Below are positions 11,081-20,564 of a DNA stretch of 64,000 nucleotides, in pieces (position 1 is the first letter of the stretch; each line of letters opens with the position of its first letter). Position numbers and translations under genes: made by a program. A model generated the notes under the pieces. It had not been told where the DNA came from, searched no databases, and was given only the letters and a program-made list of their open reading frames with translations. Source of the stretch: Escherichia phage F2; the sequence record NC_054913.1. One strand, given 5' to 3'.

Positions 11081-11304
11081 TGCGTTATTCAATTGAAGAT
11101 GCCTTTAATAATGATGAAGAATTTGAAACTGAAATTAAATTCTTAATGGAAAAGTATCATCTACGTCGTCAGGATATTCGTATTCTGGCAGACCACCCTT
11201 GTGGCGAAGACGTCCTTTATATTAAAGGGAAGTTTGCCGGGTACATCGATGAGTATTTTTATACAAAAGATATGGGTATCGATATGTGCATGCGAGTGGT
11301 ATAA
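11080..11304 (+). CDS. uvsY.-1-like hypothetical protein, 74 aa
   Basis: ATGA overlap with uvsY; synteny with T4 uvsY.-1. Confidence 0.65.
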   Translation: MRYSIEDAFNNDEEFETEIKFLMEKYHLRRQDIRILADHPCGEDVLYIKGKFAGYIDEYFYTKDMGIDMCMRVV

Positions 11305-11336
11305 ATAGATATGTAATTTCAACTTAGGAGGCAATC

Positions 11337-11504
11337 ATGTCAGATAAGATTTGTGTTGTCTGTAAAACTCCAATCGATTCTGCATTGGTTGTTGAAACAG
11401 ACAAAGGTCCAGCACATCCTGGTCCTTGTTATAATTATGTCCAACAAATGCCGGTTTCAGAAAGTTCAGAAGAGCAATTGAACGAAACCCAACTTTTACT
11501 ATAG
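11337..11504 (+). CDS. uvsY.-2-like small Cys-rich protein, 55 aa (below the ORF-track cut-off)
   Basis: ATG at 11337 preceded by AGGAGG; MSDKICVVCKTPIDS...; stop at 11502-11504. Confidence 0.6.
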   Translation: MSDKICVVCKTPIDSALVVETDKGPAHPGPCYNYVQQMPVSESSEEQLNETQLLL

Positions 11505-11523
11505 TGTTACCTTTTTTGCCTAT

Positions 11524-11559
11524 GGTTTTTGGCCCTTCCAAAAAGGTCGGGCCTTTTTT
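11524..11559. terminator. terminator between convergent uvsY.-2 and uvsW.1
   Basis: ggccc...gggcc stem followed by tttttt at 11554-11559. Confidence 0.5.
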
Positions 11560-11561
11560 AA

Positions 11562-11795
11562 TTAGAAGTCTTCTTCCTCATCCTCATCATCGTTGCCTTC
11601 AAGTTCGGCACGCTTACCTGCTAAGGCATCCCTGACAGAAATATCATCTGTATCTTTTAATTCCGTTTCTTTTATACGTTTCTTATAATAAGCTTCCAAT
11701 TCTTCAAGCCCTTCTAAGGTATGACAACTAGCAATTTTACCCATGAATTCGTCAATAGATGCTTCGTATAAAAATTGTTTAAATTCAAGTACCAT
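11562..11795 (-). CDS. UvsW.1, small acidic protein, 77 aa
   Basis: 77 aa, acidic C-terminus, directly downstream of uvsW as in T4. Confidence 0.75.
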   Translation of the reverse strand: MVLEFKQFLYEASIDEFMGKIASCHTLEGLEELEAYYKKRIKETELKDTDDISVRDALAGKRAELEGNDDEDEEEDF

Positions 11796-11820
11796 TTTTA
11801 TCTCCTAAGGGCCGAAGCCC

Positions 11821-13335
11821 TTATAAATTAATTGTTTTCATTACATAGTTAAATTTCTCATCAGCGTAACGTTGGATACGATCAATACCGTGTTTTAACA
11901 AGTAATTAAGATGAGTATACTTCTTTTTAGTATTTAATGATTTAGGTTTTACACCTGCGTCATCTATGAGATCCCAAACTGTAGCAACAGCTTTAGAACC
12001 ATGCTTACGAAGCACACGACCTACGGTTTGAAGTACGATAATTTTTGATTTAACACCATGGGCGAAAATAACATGATGAAGATTCTTGACTGAAATACCA
12101 GTAGAGAATACTCCATATGATGCGACAATAATAATGCCTTTACCATTTTCTGCCATGACTTTAAGCGCGTTACGTGTTTCAGTATCAACTTCACCTGATA
12201 CGTAATAAACTTTTTCGTATCCAAGCTCTTTAATAGCTTCAAATATTTCTTTACCGTGTGTAACGTGTTTAAACATTACAAAGGCGTTCTCGTCTTTCTT
12301 AGCCAATTTGACTGAAAGTTGAGCAATCCACTTTGTACGTCGTTTTAGTCCAGTAATAATTTTAACTTCTTCTTGGTATGTTTTACCTTTTAATTTAACG
12401 GCGAATTCGTCCGGATAACGAAGGAAAATACTATTAATCTTAAGCTCAGTTACCTGTCCGTCTTCCATTAATTTAGACGTGCTAACAGGACGGAAGATTT
12501 CGCCGAACATACCTACGTACTGCATTACATTAGCTTTTCCGTCTCTTAATGAGCCAGATAAACCGAATTTAAACATGCAATTATTTAATCCTGAGATGAT
12601 TGAAGAAATACTTTTGCCTGTGGCTAAGTGGCATTCATCGTTCATCATCATACCGAACTGAGAGAACCATTCTTTAGGCTGCTTAACTACTGTTTGCCAT
12701 GTACCAACAATAATTGGAGCGTCGTTTTTAGCTCTGTCCGCTTTATCAGCACCACCGCCAATTTTCTTAATCATCGAATGACTAAACAAACGATAATCAA
12801 CAAAATCATTAGCCATCTGGGTTGTCAATGCTGTTGTAGGGACGATAATGAGAATTTTACCTTCATAGTTCTCTAGATAATATCGAGCTAAAAGTGCTTG
12901 GATTAGTGATTTACCTGCTGATGTCGGAAGGTTTAAAATTCGACGACGATTAACTAGTCCTTCGTATACTGCATCTTTTTGATACCAATGTGGTTCGATT
13001 TTGGCGTTGCCCGAATAAATTTCTTGTTTAGAAAGCCATGCGTCAAAATCTTCCCTGGTAAGGTCTTCAGTCTCAAAGATTTTAGGGTCAATCCATACAG
13101 AATAACTCATATTGTTACAGAACTTTTTTATTTGTCCTACAAGTCCATATGGTAACAAACGGTTATAATCTAAAAGTCGAATTCTACCATCCCATTGCCC
13201 ATAGCGATATTTTGGGTTAAATTTATACCCGTCAGCTTCAAAGCTAAAAAAGTCACGAAGTTCGTAAAACGTACTTTCGTCGCATTCAATGCGCACGTGA
13301 CTAAAATCATAAAAATGTACTTTAATGTCAGTCAT
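11821..13335 (-). CDS. uvsW: UvsW DNA/RNA helicase, 504 aa
   Basis: 504 aa; helicase motifs (PTSAGKS Walker A, DECH box); synteny. Confidence 0.9.
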   Translation of the reverse strand: MTDIKVHFYDFSHVRIECDESTFYELRDFFSFEADGYKFNPKYRYGQWDGRIRLLDYNRLLPYGLVGQIKKFCNNMSYSVWIDPKIFETEDLTREDFDAWLSKQEIYSGNAKIEPHWYQKDAVYEGLVNRRRILNLPTSAGKSLIQALLARYYLENYEGKILIIVPTTALTTQMANDFVDYRLFSHSMIKKIGGGADKADRAKNDAPIIVGTWQTVVKQPKEWFSQFGMMMNDECHLATGKSISSIISGLNNCMFKFGLSGSLRDGKANVMQYVGMFGEIFRPVSTSKLMEDGQVTELKINSIFLRYPDEFAVKLKGKTYQEEVKIITGLKRRTKWIAQLSVKLAKKDENAFVMFKHVTHGKEIFEAIKELGYEKVYYVSGEVDTETRNALKVMAENGKGIIIVASYGVFSTGISVKNLHHVIFAHGVKSKIIVLQTVGRVLRKHGSKAVATVWDLIDDAGVKPKSLNTKKKYTHLNYLLKHGIDRIQRYADEKFNYVMKTINL

Positions 13336-13364
13336 GTCAAATTACCATGTAATAAATATAGTTA

Positions 13365-13372
13365 TATTTATA
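13365..13372 (-). promoter_or_regulatory. late promoter (TATAAATA) for uvsW
   Basis: reverse complement TATAAATA about 30 nt upstream of the uvsW start codon. Confidence 0.65.
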
Positions 13373-13385
13373 ATGAGGAAATATC

Positions 13386-14054
13386 ATGATCGATAAAGAC
13401 TATATTGAAGAGTTACGTGCTCTTTCTGATAAAAAGGAAGCCAAAGCTAAACTGTTTGAATATGCGGAACAATTTGGTATTAGTGTTAAGAAAACAAAAT
13501 CATTCGATAATATTGTTATTGATATCGAAGAAGCTCTTAACGCACTGGCTGATGAACCATTACCTGAAACTGATGGATTATCTATCACCGATTTAATTAC
13601 TGCAGCAGATGATGTGGACGGTGTTAATTTCACCAACGAAGAAGTTAAAGAAGAAGCTATTCTGTTGTTTGATTCTCCAACAGAACAAGTTGAAGTATTA
13701 GAAGTTGTCGAACAAGAAAAAGAATTCGACCATGATAAATTCGAAGAAGCAATTACTCAGGTTGTTGAATCTGAAAAAGAGCCTGAGGCAGAGGTAAATA
13801 AAGAAGTAAAATTTGTTCTGCCTGAAAATTTTAGTCCTACACTCATTAAATTAGGCAAAAGCCCAGGATATGTTACTGTTCCTTGGTGGATTTATCAATG
13901 GATAGCCGAAACCCCAGATTGGAAATCTCGCCCAACTAGTTTTGTGCATGCTTCTGCTCACCAAACATTATTTAGCTTAATTTATTATATTAATCGCGAT
14001 GGATCAGTTCTAATTCGTGAATCTCGTAATTCTTCTTTCGTAACATTAAAATAA
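13386..14054 (+). CDS. inh: Inh, inhibitor of prohead protease, 222 aa
   Basis: Length and position next to hoc as in T4. Confidence 0.75.
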   Translation: MIDKDYIEELRALSDKKEAKAKLFEYAEQFGISVKKTKSFDNIVIDIEEALNALADEPLPETDGLSITDLITAADDVDGVNFTNEEVKEEAILLFDSPTEQVEVLEVVEQEKEFDHDKFEEAITQVVESEKEPEAEVNKEVKFVLPENFSPTLIKLGKSPGYVTVPWWIYQWIAETPDWKSRPTSFVHASAHQTLFSLIYYINRDGSVLIRESRNSSFVTLK

Positions 14055-14063
14055 GGATAACTT

Positions 14064-14906
14064 ATGGCTTTTACAGTTGATATAACTCCTAAAACACCTA
14101 CTGGAGTTATAGATGAGACTAAGCAGTTTACTGCTACTCCCAGTGGTGAAACTGGAGGTGGAACTATTACCTATGCATGGAGTGTAGACGGTGCTCCTCA
14201 AGTAGGATCGGCAGAAACTTTTGATTATATGTTAAAAGGACCTGCTGGAACAAAAACAATTAAAGTTGTTGCAACAAATACTATTCCTGATACTGAAGCT
14301 GAAACAGCAGAAATTACTACGACTATCACGGTTAATAAGAAGACAATGAATCCACAGGTTACATTGACTCCTCCTTCTATTAACGTTCATCAAGATGCTT
14401 CGGCTACATTTACTGCTAATGTAACCGATGCTCCTGAAGAAGCGCAAATCGAATATTCATGGAAGAAAGATTCTTCTCCTGTAGAAGGGTCAACTAATGT
14501 ATATACCGTTGATACTTCATCTGTTGGAAGTCAAACTATTGAAGTTACTGCAACTATTACTGCAACTGATTACGATAGCAAAACTATTACAGCAGAAGGT
14601 CAAGTTCAAGTGACTGATAAAGTTGCTCAAGAACCAGAAGGTGAATTACCTTATGTTCATCCTCTTCCACATCGTACTTCAGCTTATATCTGGTGCGGTT
14701 GGTGGGTTATGGATGAAATCCAAAAAATGACTGAAGAAGGTAAAGATTGGAAAACTGACGACCCAGATAGTAAATATTACCTGCATCGTTACACCCTTCA
14801 GAAGATGATACAAGATTATCCAGAAGTTGATGTTCAAGAATCACGTAATGGATACATCATCCATAAAACTGCTTTAGAAACTGGTATCATCTATACCTAT
14901 CCATAA
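14064..14906 (+). CDS. hoc: Hoc, highly immunogenic outer capsid protein, short form of 280 aa
   Basis: N-terminal Ig-like domains and the C-terminal capsid-binding region match T4 Hoc as I recall it, but the protein is about 96 aa shorter than the 376-aa T4 protein. Confidence 0.85.
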   Translation: MAFTVDITPKTPTGVIDETKQFTATPSGETGGGTITYAWSVDGAPQVGSAETFDYMLKGPAGTKTIKVVATNTIPDTEAETAEITTTITVNKKTMNPQVTLTPPSINVHQDASATFTANVTDAPEEAQIEYSWKKDSSPVEGSTNVYTVDTSSVGSQTIEVTATITATDYDSKTITAEGQVQVTDKVAQEPEGELPYVHPLPHRTSAYIWCGWWVMDEIQKMTEEGKDWKTDDPDSKYYLHRYTLQKMIQDYPEVDVQESRNGYIIHKTALETGIIYTYP

Positions 14907-14910
14907 TCGT

Positions 14911-14939
14911 AAGGGGCTTCGGCCCCTTTCTTCGTTTTT
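14911..14939 (+). terminator. rho-independent terminator after hoc
   Basis: aggggc-ttcg-gcccct followed by a T-rich tract. Confidence 0.65.
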
Positions 14940-14993
14940 AAAGCATACAAAACACATCTTGAGATTGATGTATAATGGCACAAACCAAATGAT

Positions 14994-15200
14994 ATGGGAT
15001 TGATTATGAGAGTTGAAGTTGAAGTTTATACATTACATGAGGCGGGATTTTCATTCGTAGAAATTGCTCAAAAAATCGGTTTACAACCTAAAGAAGTTGG
15101 ATTACTATGGACTAAAGCCGAGACAGCTCGGTCAAAGTTTAAAGCAAAAGAAAAAGTTGTATACCGTAAACGTTTGATTAACAGAAAGGTGAAGAAATGA
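14994..15200 (+). CDS. small helix-turn-helix-like protein (24.3 position), 68 aa
   Basis: ORF with HTH-like segment FSFVEIAQKIGLQPKEVG; TGTATAAT extended -10 upstream. Confidence 0.55.
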   Translation: MGLIMRVEVEVYTLHEAGFSFVEIAQKIGLQPKEVGLLWTKAETARSKFKAKEKVVYRKRLINRKVKK

Positions 15201-15448
15201 GTTTTGCACAGGAATTAAGAGAAAGGGCCCTGGCCACTAAAGCCAATTTGTTGAAAGATTTTATTGCTAACTTCTCTGTGATGGCAGAGAAAGCCGCTGA
15301 CAAAGGCCAGACACAATTTACATACTATCCGTCAAAGAATGATTTAACTATCACCGAGCAAATCGGGGAGTGGTTCCGTGATAACGGCTTTCAGTACAAA
15401 ATTAATCACGACCAGCGTGATGGGCACTGGATAGAAATCAAGTTCTAG
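15197..15448 (+). CDS. hypothetical protein (24.2 position), 83 aa
   Basis: ATGA overlap with the preceding gene; synteny. Confidence 0.6.
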   Translation: MSFAQELRERALATKANLLKDFIANFSVMAEKAADKGQTQFTYYPSKNDLTITEQIGEWFRDNGFQYKINHDQRDGHWIEIKF

Positions 15449-15450
15449 TA

Positions 15451-15476
15451 TGCTTTACATTTTTTGATGGTATAAT
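15451..15476 (+). promoter_or_regulatory. MotA-dependent middle promoter upstream of rnlB
   Basis: MotA box tgcttta at 15451-15457, 13 nt spacer, tataat at 15471-15476. Confidence 0.65.
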
Positions 15477-15567
15477 GAATCTAGGTTCTATCCATTCAAA
15501 TTAAACATTGGGTCAGAGATAGAGTCTCTGCTAATTATTTTGATATTATTATTTATAATGGTGATTT

Positions 15568-16575
15568 ATGTTTAAGAAATACAGCAGTCTTGAAAACCAC
15601 TACAACTCTAAGTTTATTGAAAAACTCTACACTAATGGTTTGACTACTGGTGTTTGGGTAGCACGTGAGAAAATCCATGGGACCAACTTCTCGTTAATAA
15701 TTGAACGTGACAACGTCACATGCGCCAAGCGCACAGGCCCTATTCTTCCAGCAGAAGATTTTTACGGCTATGAAATCGTACTCAAGAAGTATGATAAAGC
15801 TATTAAAGGTGTTCAAGAAGTCATGGAAAGTATTTCAACTTCAGTGCCGGTGTCATATCAAGTCTTTGGTGAATTCGCCGGTGGTGGAATCCAGAAAGGT
15901 GTTGACTACGGTGAAAAAGATTTTTATGTGTTCGATATCATCATAAACACGGAAAGTGATGATACTTATTATATGAGTGATTACGAAATGCAAGATTTCT
16001 GTAATACGTTTGGTTTTAAAATGGCACCAATGCTTGGTCGTGGAACATTTGATTCTCTTATCATGATTCCAAATGACCTTGATTCCGTCTTAGCCGCTTA
16101 TAATGCTACTGCGTCAGAAGACCTTGTAGAAGCAAATAATTGTGTATTTGATGCTAATGTTATTGGCGATAATACGGCAGAAGGTTATGTTCTGAAGCCT
16201 TGTTTCCCTAAATGGCTGCCAAACGGTACTCGTGTAGCTATTAAGTGCAAGAACTCTAAATTCAGTGAAAAGAAAAAGTCAGATAAGCCTATTAAAACTC
16301 AGGTTCCATTATCCGAAATTGACAAAAACTTGCTTGATGTTCTAGCTTGTTATGTTACATTAAATCGTGTTAATAATGTGATTTCTAAGATTGGGACTGT
16401 AACGCCAAAAGATTTTGGCAAAGTGATGGGATTGACTGTTCAAGATATTCTGGAAGAAACTTCTCGTGAAGGTATTGTATTAACATCATCTGATAATCCG
16501 AATCTTGTTAAGAAAGAATTAGTCCGAATGGTGCAAGATGTTCTGCGTCCTGCATGGATTGAATTAGTATCATAA
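15568..16575 (+). CDS. rnlB: RNA ligase 2 (RnlB), 335 aa
   Basis: Near-identical to T4 Rnl2 as I recall it; nucleotidyltransferase lysine motif KIHGTN. Confidence 0.9.
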   Translation: MFKKYSSLENHYNSKFIEKLYTNGLTTGVWVAREKIHGTNFSLIIERDNVTCAKRTGPILPAEDFYGYEIVLKKYDKAIKGVQEVMESISTSVPVSYQVFGEFAGGGIQKGVDYGEKDFYVFDIIINTESDDTYYMSDYEMQDFCNTFGFKMAPMLGRGTFDSLIMIPNDLDSVLAAYNATASEDLVEANNCVFDANVIGDNTAEGYVLKPCFPKWLPNGTRVAIKCKNSKFSEKKKSDKPIKTQVPLSEIDKNLLDVLACYVTLNRVNNVISKIGTVTPKDFGKVMGLTVQDILEETSREGIVLTSSDNPNLVKKELVRMVQDVLRPAWIELVS

Positions 16576-16579
16576 CGAA

Positions 16580-16606
16580 AAAGGGACCGTAAGGTCCCTT
16601 TGTTTT
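16580..16606. terminator. bidirectional terminator between convergent rnlB and gene 24
   Basis: agggacc-gtaa-ggtccct flanked by an A-tract upstream and a T-tract downstream. Confidence 0.7.
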
Positions 16607-17888
16607 ATTCATCAATAATAATTTTTGGTAGCTTAACACCTAATAAAACAGACAAATCTGAACGTCCTGCCATTTTATCCATGTCCCCACCATCAATTAC
16701 TCTCGCTTCTTTTTCATCTTTTGCTACTGTGTAAGGATTCGCAGATAAAGCATATCTAACCAATAATCCGATAGATGGTTGCAAGCTTTCTGGATCAACT
16801 ACGACTTTAAATGCACCGACATGTTCCGGGTCATCTAAATCTACTCCTTCAGTGTATGGAGCATAAAAGATGGACCCCACAATTTCTTTTTCGCCGATAT
16901 TTTCTACAACACCCACAATAACATAATCTAACGGACTGTTGGTATCGCAGTAAAGAGGTAATCCATTTGCCAAGAATCCATAAGCATTTTGTGAAAGATA
17001 CTTGTCATCTTCTGGCTTATGTTTTAACCAACCAGAAGCAGCAAGAATAGCAGCTGCACGAGCTGAGGCTACACAAAACGTTGCAGTATAAGTTGTCTCT
17101 TTTTGAATGTGTGATACCATTTCACACACCATTCGATATAATGAACGACCTGCTTCTGGAGCGGATGCATAGCTCAAGTCAATAAATCCGGTGTCAGTAA
17201 TTCCAGTAACTTTATAACGTTTCGATACAGTAATTAAAGACTGAAGAATATCTTTATTAATTTCATCAGCCATTTCAGTAGCAAGCAAATCTTCTAAGAA
17301 GTTAGGGGCATCAAATCCATTCGCTTCCAAATCTTGCGCTAATTCAACCGTGAGGCCAGTTTTAAGTTTACGAGATTTGACTGAAGTTTGCCATTTATTA
17401 ATCTGGAATCTTGCATCAGAAATTTCGCTATCAGAGCTTTCAAATTTGCTTGTTACCGCTGCATCTGAAAATAACCGTACCTTTAAATGAACGACTGCAA
17501 TCTGAAGAGCTAATTCTAGATCACTTTCTTGAATATCTGCAAATGGTGTATCTTCTAACACTTTATAGACGATATTATTATATTTGAAAAAATCGCCTTT
17601 ATTTAGTGTGACTTTTGATTCTTCTGTGAGCTCAGTAATTTTTTCTCGGTCTACATATCCAACTTCACCAGCATAAGTAGCACCAGTTTTAAATGTGAAT
17701 TCGTTATCTGGGTTAAGATATTTGATACCATAAAAAGCAGCAACAGGTTGATTAGTTCTTTGTGTTGCTACAATGTCAGAATATATTAATTTAGTCGTAG
17801 CGCGAGTCAAAGCAACGAGATTTGGGCGACCGATTGAGTTGCTAGTAGACGTTGTAGATTCACGCAATAATTTTTGGATTTTACTCAT
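16605..17888 (-). CDS. 24: gp24 head vertex protein, 427 aa
   Basis: 427 aa as in T4; paralog of gp23; synteny. Confidence 0.9.
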   Translation of the reverse strand: MSKIQKLLRESTTSTSNSIGRPNLVALTRATTKLIYSDIVATQRTNQPVAAFYGIKYLNPDNEFTFKTGATYAGEVGYVDREKITELTEESKVTLNKGDFFKYNNIVYKVLEDTPFADIQESDLELALQIAVVHLKVRLFSDAAVTSKFESSDSEISDARFQINKWQTSVKSRKLKTGLTVELAQDLEANGFDAPNFLEDLLATEMADEINKDILQSLITVSKRYKVTGITDTGFIDLSYASAPEAGRSLYRMVCEMVSHIQKETTYTATFCVASARAAAILAASGWLKHKPEDDKYLSQNAYGFLANGLPLYCDTNSPLDYVIVGVVENIGEKEIVGSIFYAPYTEGVDLDDPEHVGAFKVVVDPESLQPSIGLLVRYALSANPYTVAKDEKEARVIDGGDMDKMAGRSDLSVLLGVKLPKIIIDE

Positions 17889-17918
17889 TGCATTTTTTCC
17901 TTATTGAGAATATAATTT

Positions 17919-17926
17919 TATTTATA
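17919..17926 (-). promoter_or_regulatory. late promoter (TATAAATA) for gene 24
   Basis: reverse complement TATAAATA about 30 nt upstream of the gene 24 start. Confidence 0.7.
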
Positions 17927-17932
17927 AAAGTG

Positions 17933-17962
17933 GTTTACACACAAAAAGTGTTGTGTTACTAT
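17933..17962 (+). promoter_or_regulatory. early sigma70-type promoter (GTTTAC, 18 nt, TACTAT)
   Basis: gtttac at 17933-17938 and tactat at 17957-17962; same -10 core gtgttactatagacc as the regB promoter. Confidence 0.55.
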
Positions 17963-17991
17963 AGACCTATCAAAACATGAGGAGATTAAAA

Positions 17992-18258
17992 ATGAACAAA
18001 TTAAACTTTATCCGTACCACACTTTCTAACCTTGACAAAGACATCAAAGCTCTGGTAGAAAAATTTGGTACCAATCCTAATGGTAATGCAGTTAATGCAT
18101 TGGTTAAGAAATACGAAGCCCTGGCTTATGAAACTGACTTCTGGTGGAACGGTGAATATTCTACCCATACCAAAGACAAATCTGGTAACTGGCTGAAAAT
18201 CCAAGAAAATCGTATTGACTTCCGTGATATCATCAACCGTCGTGTCAAAGCAGCGTAA
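17992..18258 (+). CDS. hypothetical early protein, 88 aa
   Basis: ATG at 17992 with GAGGAG RBS, downstream of the early promoter; no family recognised. Confidence 0.5.
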   Translation: MNKLNFIRTTLSNLDKDIKALVEKFGTNPNGNAVNALVKKYEALAYETDFWWNGEYSTHTKDKSGNWLKIQENRIDFRDIINRRVKAA

Positions 18259-18261
18259 ATT

Positions 18262-18921
18262 ATGAATTATTTAATTTACAAAATAACCAATCTCATTAAT
18301 AACAAGATTTATATTGGAGCCCATGCCACTACAGATGTTAACGATTCTTATATGGGTTCCGGGGTTAACATAGTAAAATCCATAAAGAAATACGGCTTAG
18401 AGAATTTTAAAAAGGAAATCCTTTTCAATTTCGAAACATCTGAAGAGATGTATGCTAAGGAAGCCGAACTAGTTGACGAGGCTTTTGTCATGAGAACAGA
18501 TACTTATAATGCCGCCTTAGGCGGCAAGGGTAATCCTGTTATAGTAGCTTTACAGGAACCTGGGTATCGTGAGATGTTATCCGAAAAGACAAAAGCTGGT
18601 ATGACTGAAGAAGTTCGGGCCAAAATATCTAAAAAGAAATTAGGTTCTAAAGAATCTAAAGAACATCGAGAAAACAAATCTATATCAAATAAAAAGTTTT
18701 ATAAAAATAGAGATTCTCATCTTAAAGGTAGAAAACTATCAGAAGAGCATAAAGCAAAAATTAGAAAGAATTCTAATAAAGGTAAGAAATTTGTATTTGT
18801 GGATATTTCTATTAAAGGTCATGAATTTAACCACTACGATTACGCTGCCGAATTCTTTAACGTATCCGCAAAAACTATAAGAAATTGGATTAATGAACGC
18901 GATGATTGTTTTAAGCTATAG
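18262..18921 (+). CDS. GIY-YIG homing endonuclease (SegD-like), 219 aa
   Basis: N-terminal motif YLIYKITN...NKIYIG; located between genes 24 and 23 where T4 carries segD. Confidence 0.8.
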   Translation: MNYLIYKITNLINNKIYIGAHATTDVNDSYMGSGVNIVKSIKKYGLENFKKEILFNFETSEEMYAKEAELVDEAFVMRTDTYNAALGGKGNPVIVALQEPGYREMLSEKTKAGMTEEVRAKISKKKLGSKESKEHRENKSISNKKFYKNRDSHLKGRKLSEEHKAKIRKNSNKGKKFVFVDISIKGHEFNHYDYAAEFFNVSAKTIRNWINERDDCFKL

Positions 18922-18924
18922 AAA

Positions 18925-18951
18925 CAAGAATGGGAGACCGGAGTCTCCCAT
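18925..18951. terminator. hairpin terminator between the segD-like gene and gene 23
   Basis: tgggagac-loop-gtctccca, 8-bp stem. Confidence 0.55.
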
Positions 18952-18978
18952 AAGGTTATGTATTTTAACGTTAAAGCA

Positions 18979-20547
18979 TTAAATTCCTTTAACGTAGACG
19001 CGTCTAAAGTAAGCGTTCTTACCAAGGCTGTTCAGGATAGACGGCATACCGGACTGGATGCGAGCACCTGGAGCCTGCAGGGAACTTTCAGCAAACGGGT
19101 TAACACCGATACCGTAACGAGTTTTAAAGCCCATTACTGGCTGGAAGTTCTTAGGATCGGAACCACGTAGTGGGGTAAGTGCAACGTAAGGAGCATAGTA
19201 AATACCTGCATCCATTTCGTTAGCGCCTTTGTAACCAACGGTGAAGTAATCCTGTTTAGCATACTGGTCGATGTATACTCGGTATTTACCACCAAGTACA
19301 CCGGCAAATACAGATTTAGTAGTGTCGGTATTAAAACCAGAAGCCAGACCCTGTGCAGCATAAGAAATACCAGTATCAACTGAAGCCAGTACGTTAACTA
19401 CGTTACGGGAAGCGATAATGAAGTTACCTTCACCACGACCGGTTTGACGAGCAATTTCAACTGCTTCTTTATCAATCTGGAACAACAGAGCTTTAAAGCT
19501 TTCACCGGCCCAACGAGCACCACGGATATCAATCGGGTCCTGGAAGTCAAATACACCAGCTTTAGAACCAACGATATTAGTCATACCAGATTTACCAACC
19601 TGAGCGGAGTAGTTAATCCAGTCAACAACTTCACGGTTGATTTCCAGCATAATTTCAGTGGCAAGAATACCGCTCAGTTCAGCATCAGCATCCATACCGT
19701 GTACTGCACGGAGGTCTTGTGCCAATTCGATGGAGTAAGCTGCTTTCAGCTGACGAGATTTAGCTTCAATAACTTGTTTGTCGATACGGAAGCCCATTTC
19801 GTTCCACGGGTTGTCGGTAGAACCATTGAAGCCTTCCTGAAGTTCAGCGATAGAAGTAGCCATACCTTCAGCGATTTCTACCAGTACACCAGCTTCCATT
19901 TGTTTCTTAATTTCAGCATCCAGTTTAGTTGCATCGGTAGCGCCAGCATCGATTGTTACTACAGCGGAAGCTTGTAGATACACAGTACCAGTTTCCTGGA
20001 AGAAGTGAGTATAGATATCACCTACAACGGTTTGTGTGCTAGCAGCCAGAGCTGGGAATTTCTTAGCAGCACCCTGACCAGAGAACATCGCGTCTGGAGC
20101 ATACATCGGATGGAAAGCTTCTTTAGCGTCAGCAGCGATAGGGTCTTTACCATATACTGCACGGAGAGCAAATACCTGACCGGTAGGGCTGTTCATAGGC
20201 TGAACACCACAAATATCGAAAGCGATCAGATTAGGAATAGCACGACGAACCATACCCATAACTGCCGGCCCAATCTGGGTTACTGCACCAGAGGTTTGAC
20301 CTGCTGCGATGTTCTGAGCATTATAACCATGGTCGCCACCAATTTCAGCTTCGGTCAAGAAAGAACCAAATGCCTGAGCGATTTTCTCGTCTTTATATTC
20401 AGGGGATACTTCGAAATCTTTTTCCTGGTTTTCGAAGATTTTAGCGATAATAGCCTGCTTGCTATTAGCGATTTCCGGCAGGCCTTCACCTTCCAGCAGT
20501 TCTTTCCATTTGTCTACGAGCTGAGCTTTAGTTTTGATAGTAGTCAT
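18979..20547 (-). CDS. 23: gp23 major capsid protein, 522 aa
   Basis: Recognisably T4 gp23 (521 aa in T4); synteny. Confidence 0.95.
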   Translation of the reverse strand: MTTIKTKAQLVDKWKELLEGEGLPEIANSKQAIIAKIFENQEKDFEVSPEYKDEKIAQAFGSFLTEAEIGGDHGYNAQNIAAGQTSGAVTQIGPAVMGMVRRAIPNLIAFDICGVQPMNSPTGQVFALRAVYGKDPIAADAKEAFHPMYAPDAMFSGQGAAKKFPALAASTQTVVGDIYTHFFQETGTVYLQASAVVTIDAGATDATKLDAEIKKQMEAGVLVEIAEGMATSIAELQEGFNGSTDNPWNEMGFRIDKQVIEAKSRQLKAAYSIELAQDLRAVHGMDADAELSGILATEIMLEINREVVDWINYSAQVGKSGMTNIVGSKAGVFDFQDPIDIRGARWAGESFKALLFQIDKEAVEIARQTGRGEGNFIIASRNVVNVLASVDTGISYAAQGLASGFNTDTTKSVFAGVLGGKYRVYIDQYAKQDYFTVGYKGANEMDAGIYYAPYVALTPLRGSDPKNFQPVMGFKTRYGIGVNPFAESSLQAPGARIQSGMPSILNSLGKNAYFRRVYVKGI

Positions 20548-20564
20548 TTGTGTTAACCTTTAAA

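Noticed and set aside
13351-13358. Plus-strand AATAAATA upstream of inh as a late promoter
   Set aside because: One mismatch to TATAAATA at a critical position; the exact box on the opposite strand serves uvsW, so inh promoter assignment is left open
19444-20556. Plus-strand ORFs of 177 and 183 aa inside the major capsid gene
   Set aside because: Antisense to gene 23, no RBS, low-complexity translation; the same applies to other antisense ORFs in the track such as 916-1170, 1225-1503, 20872-21216, 21370-21849 and 33132-33497
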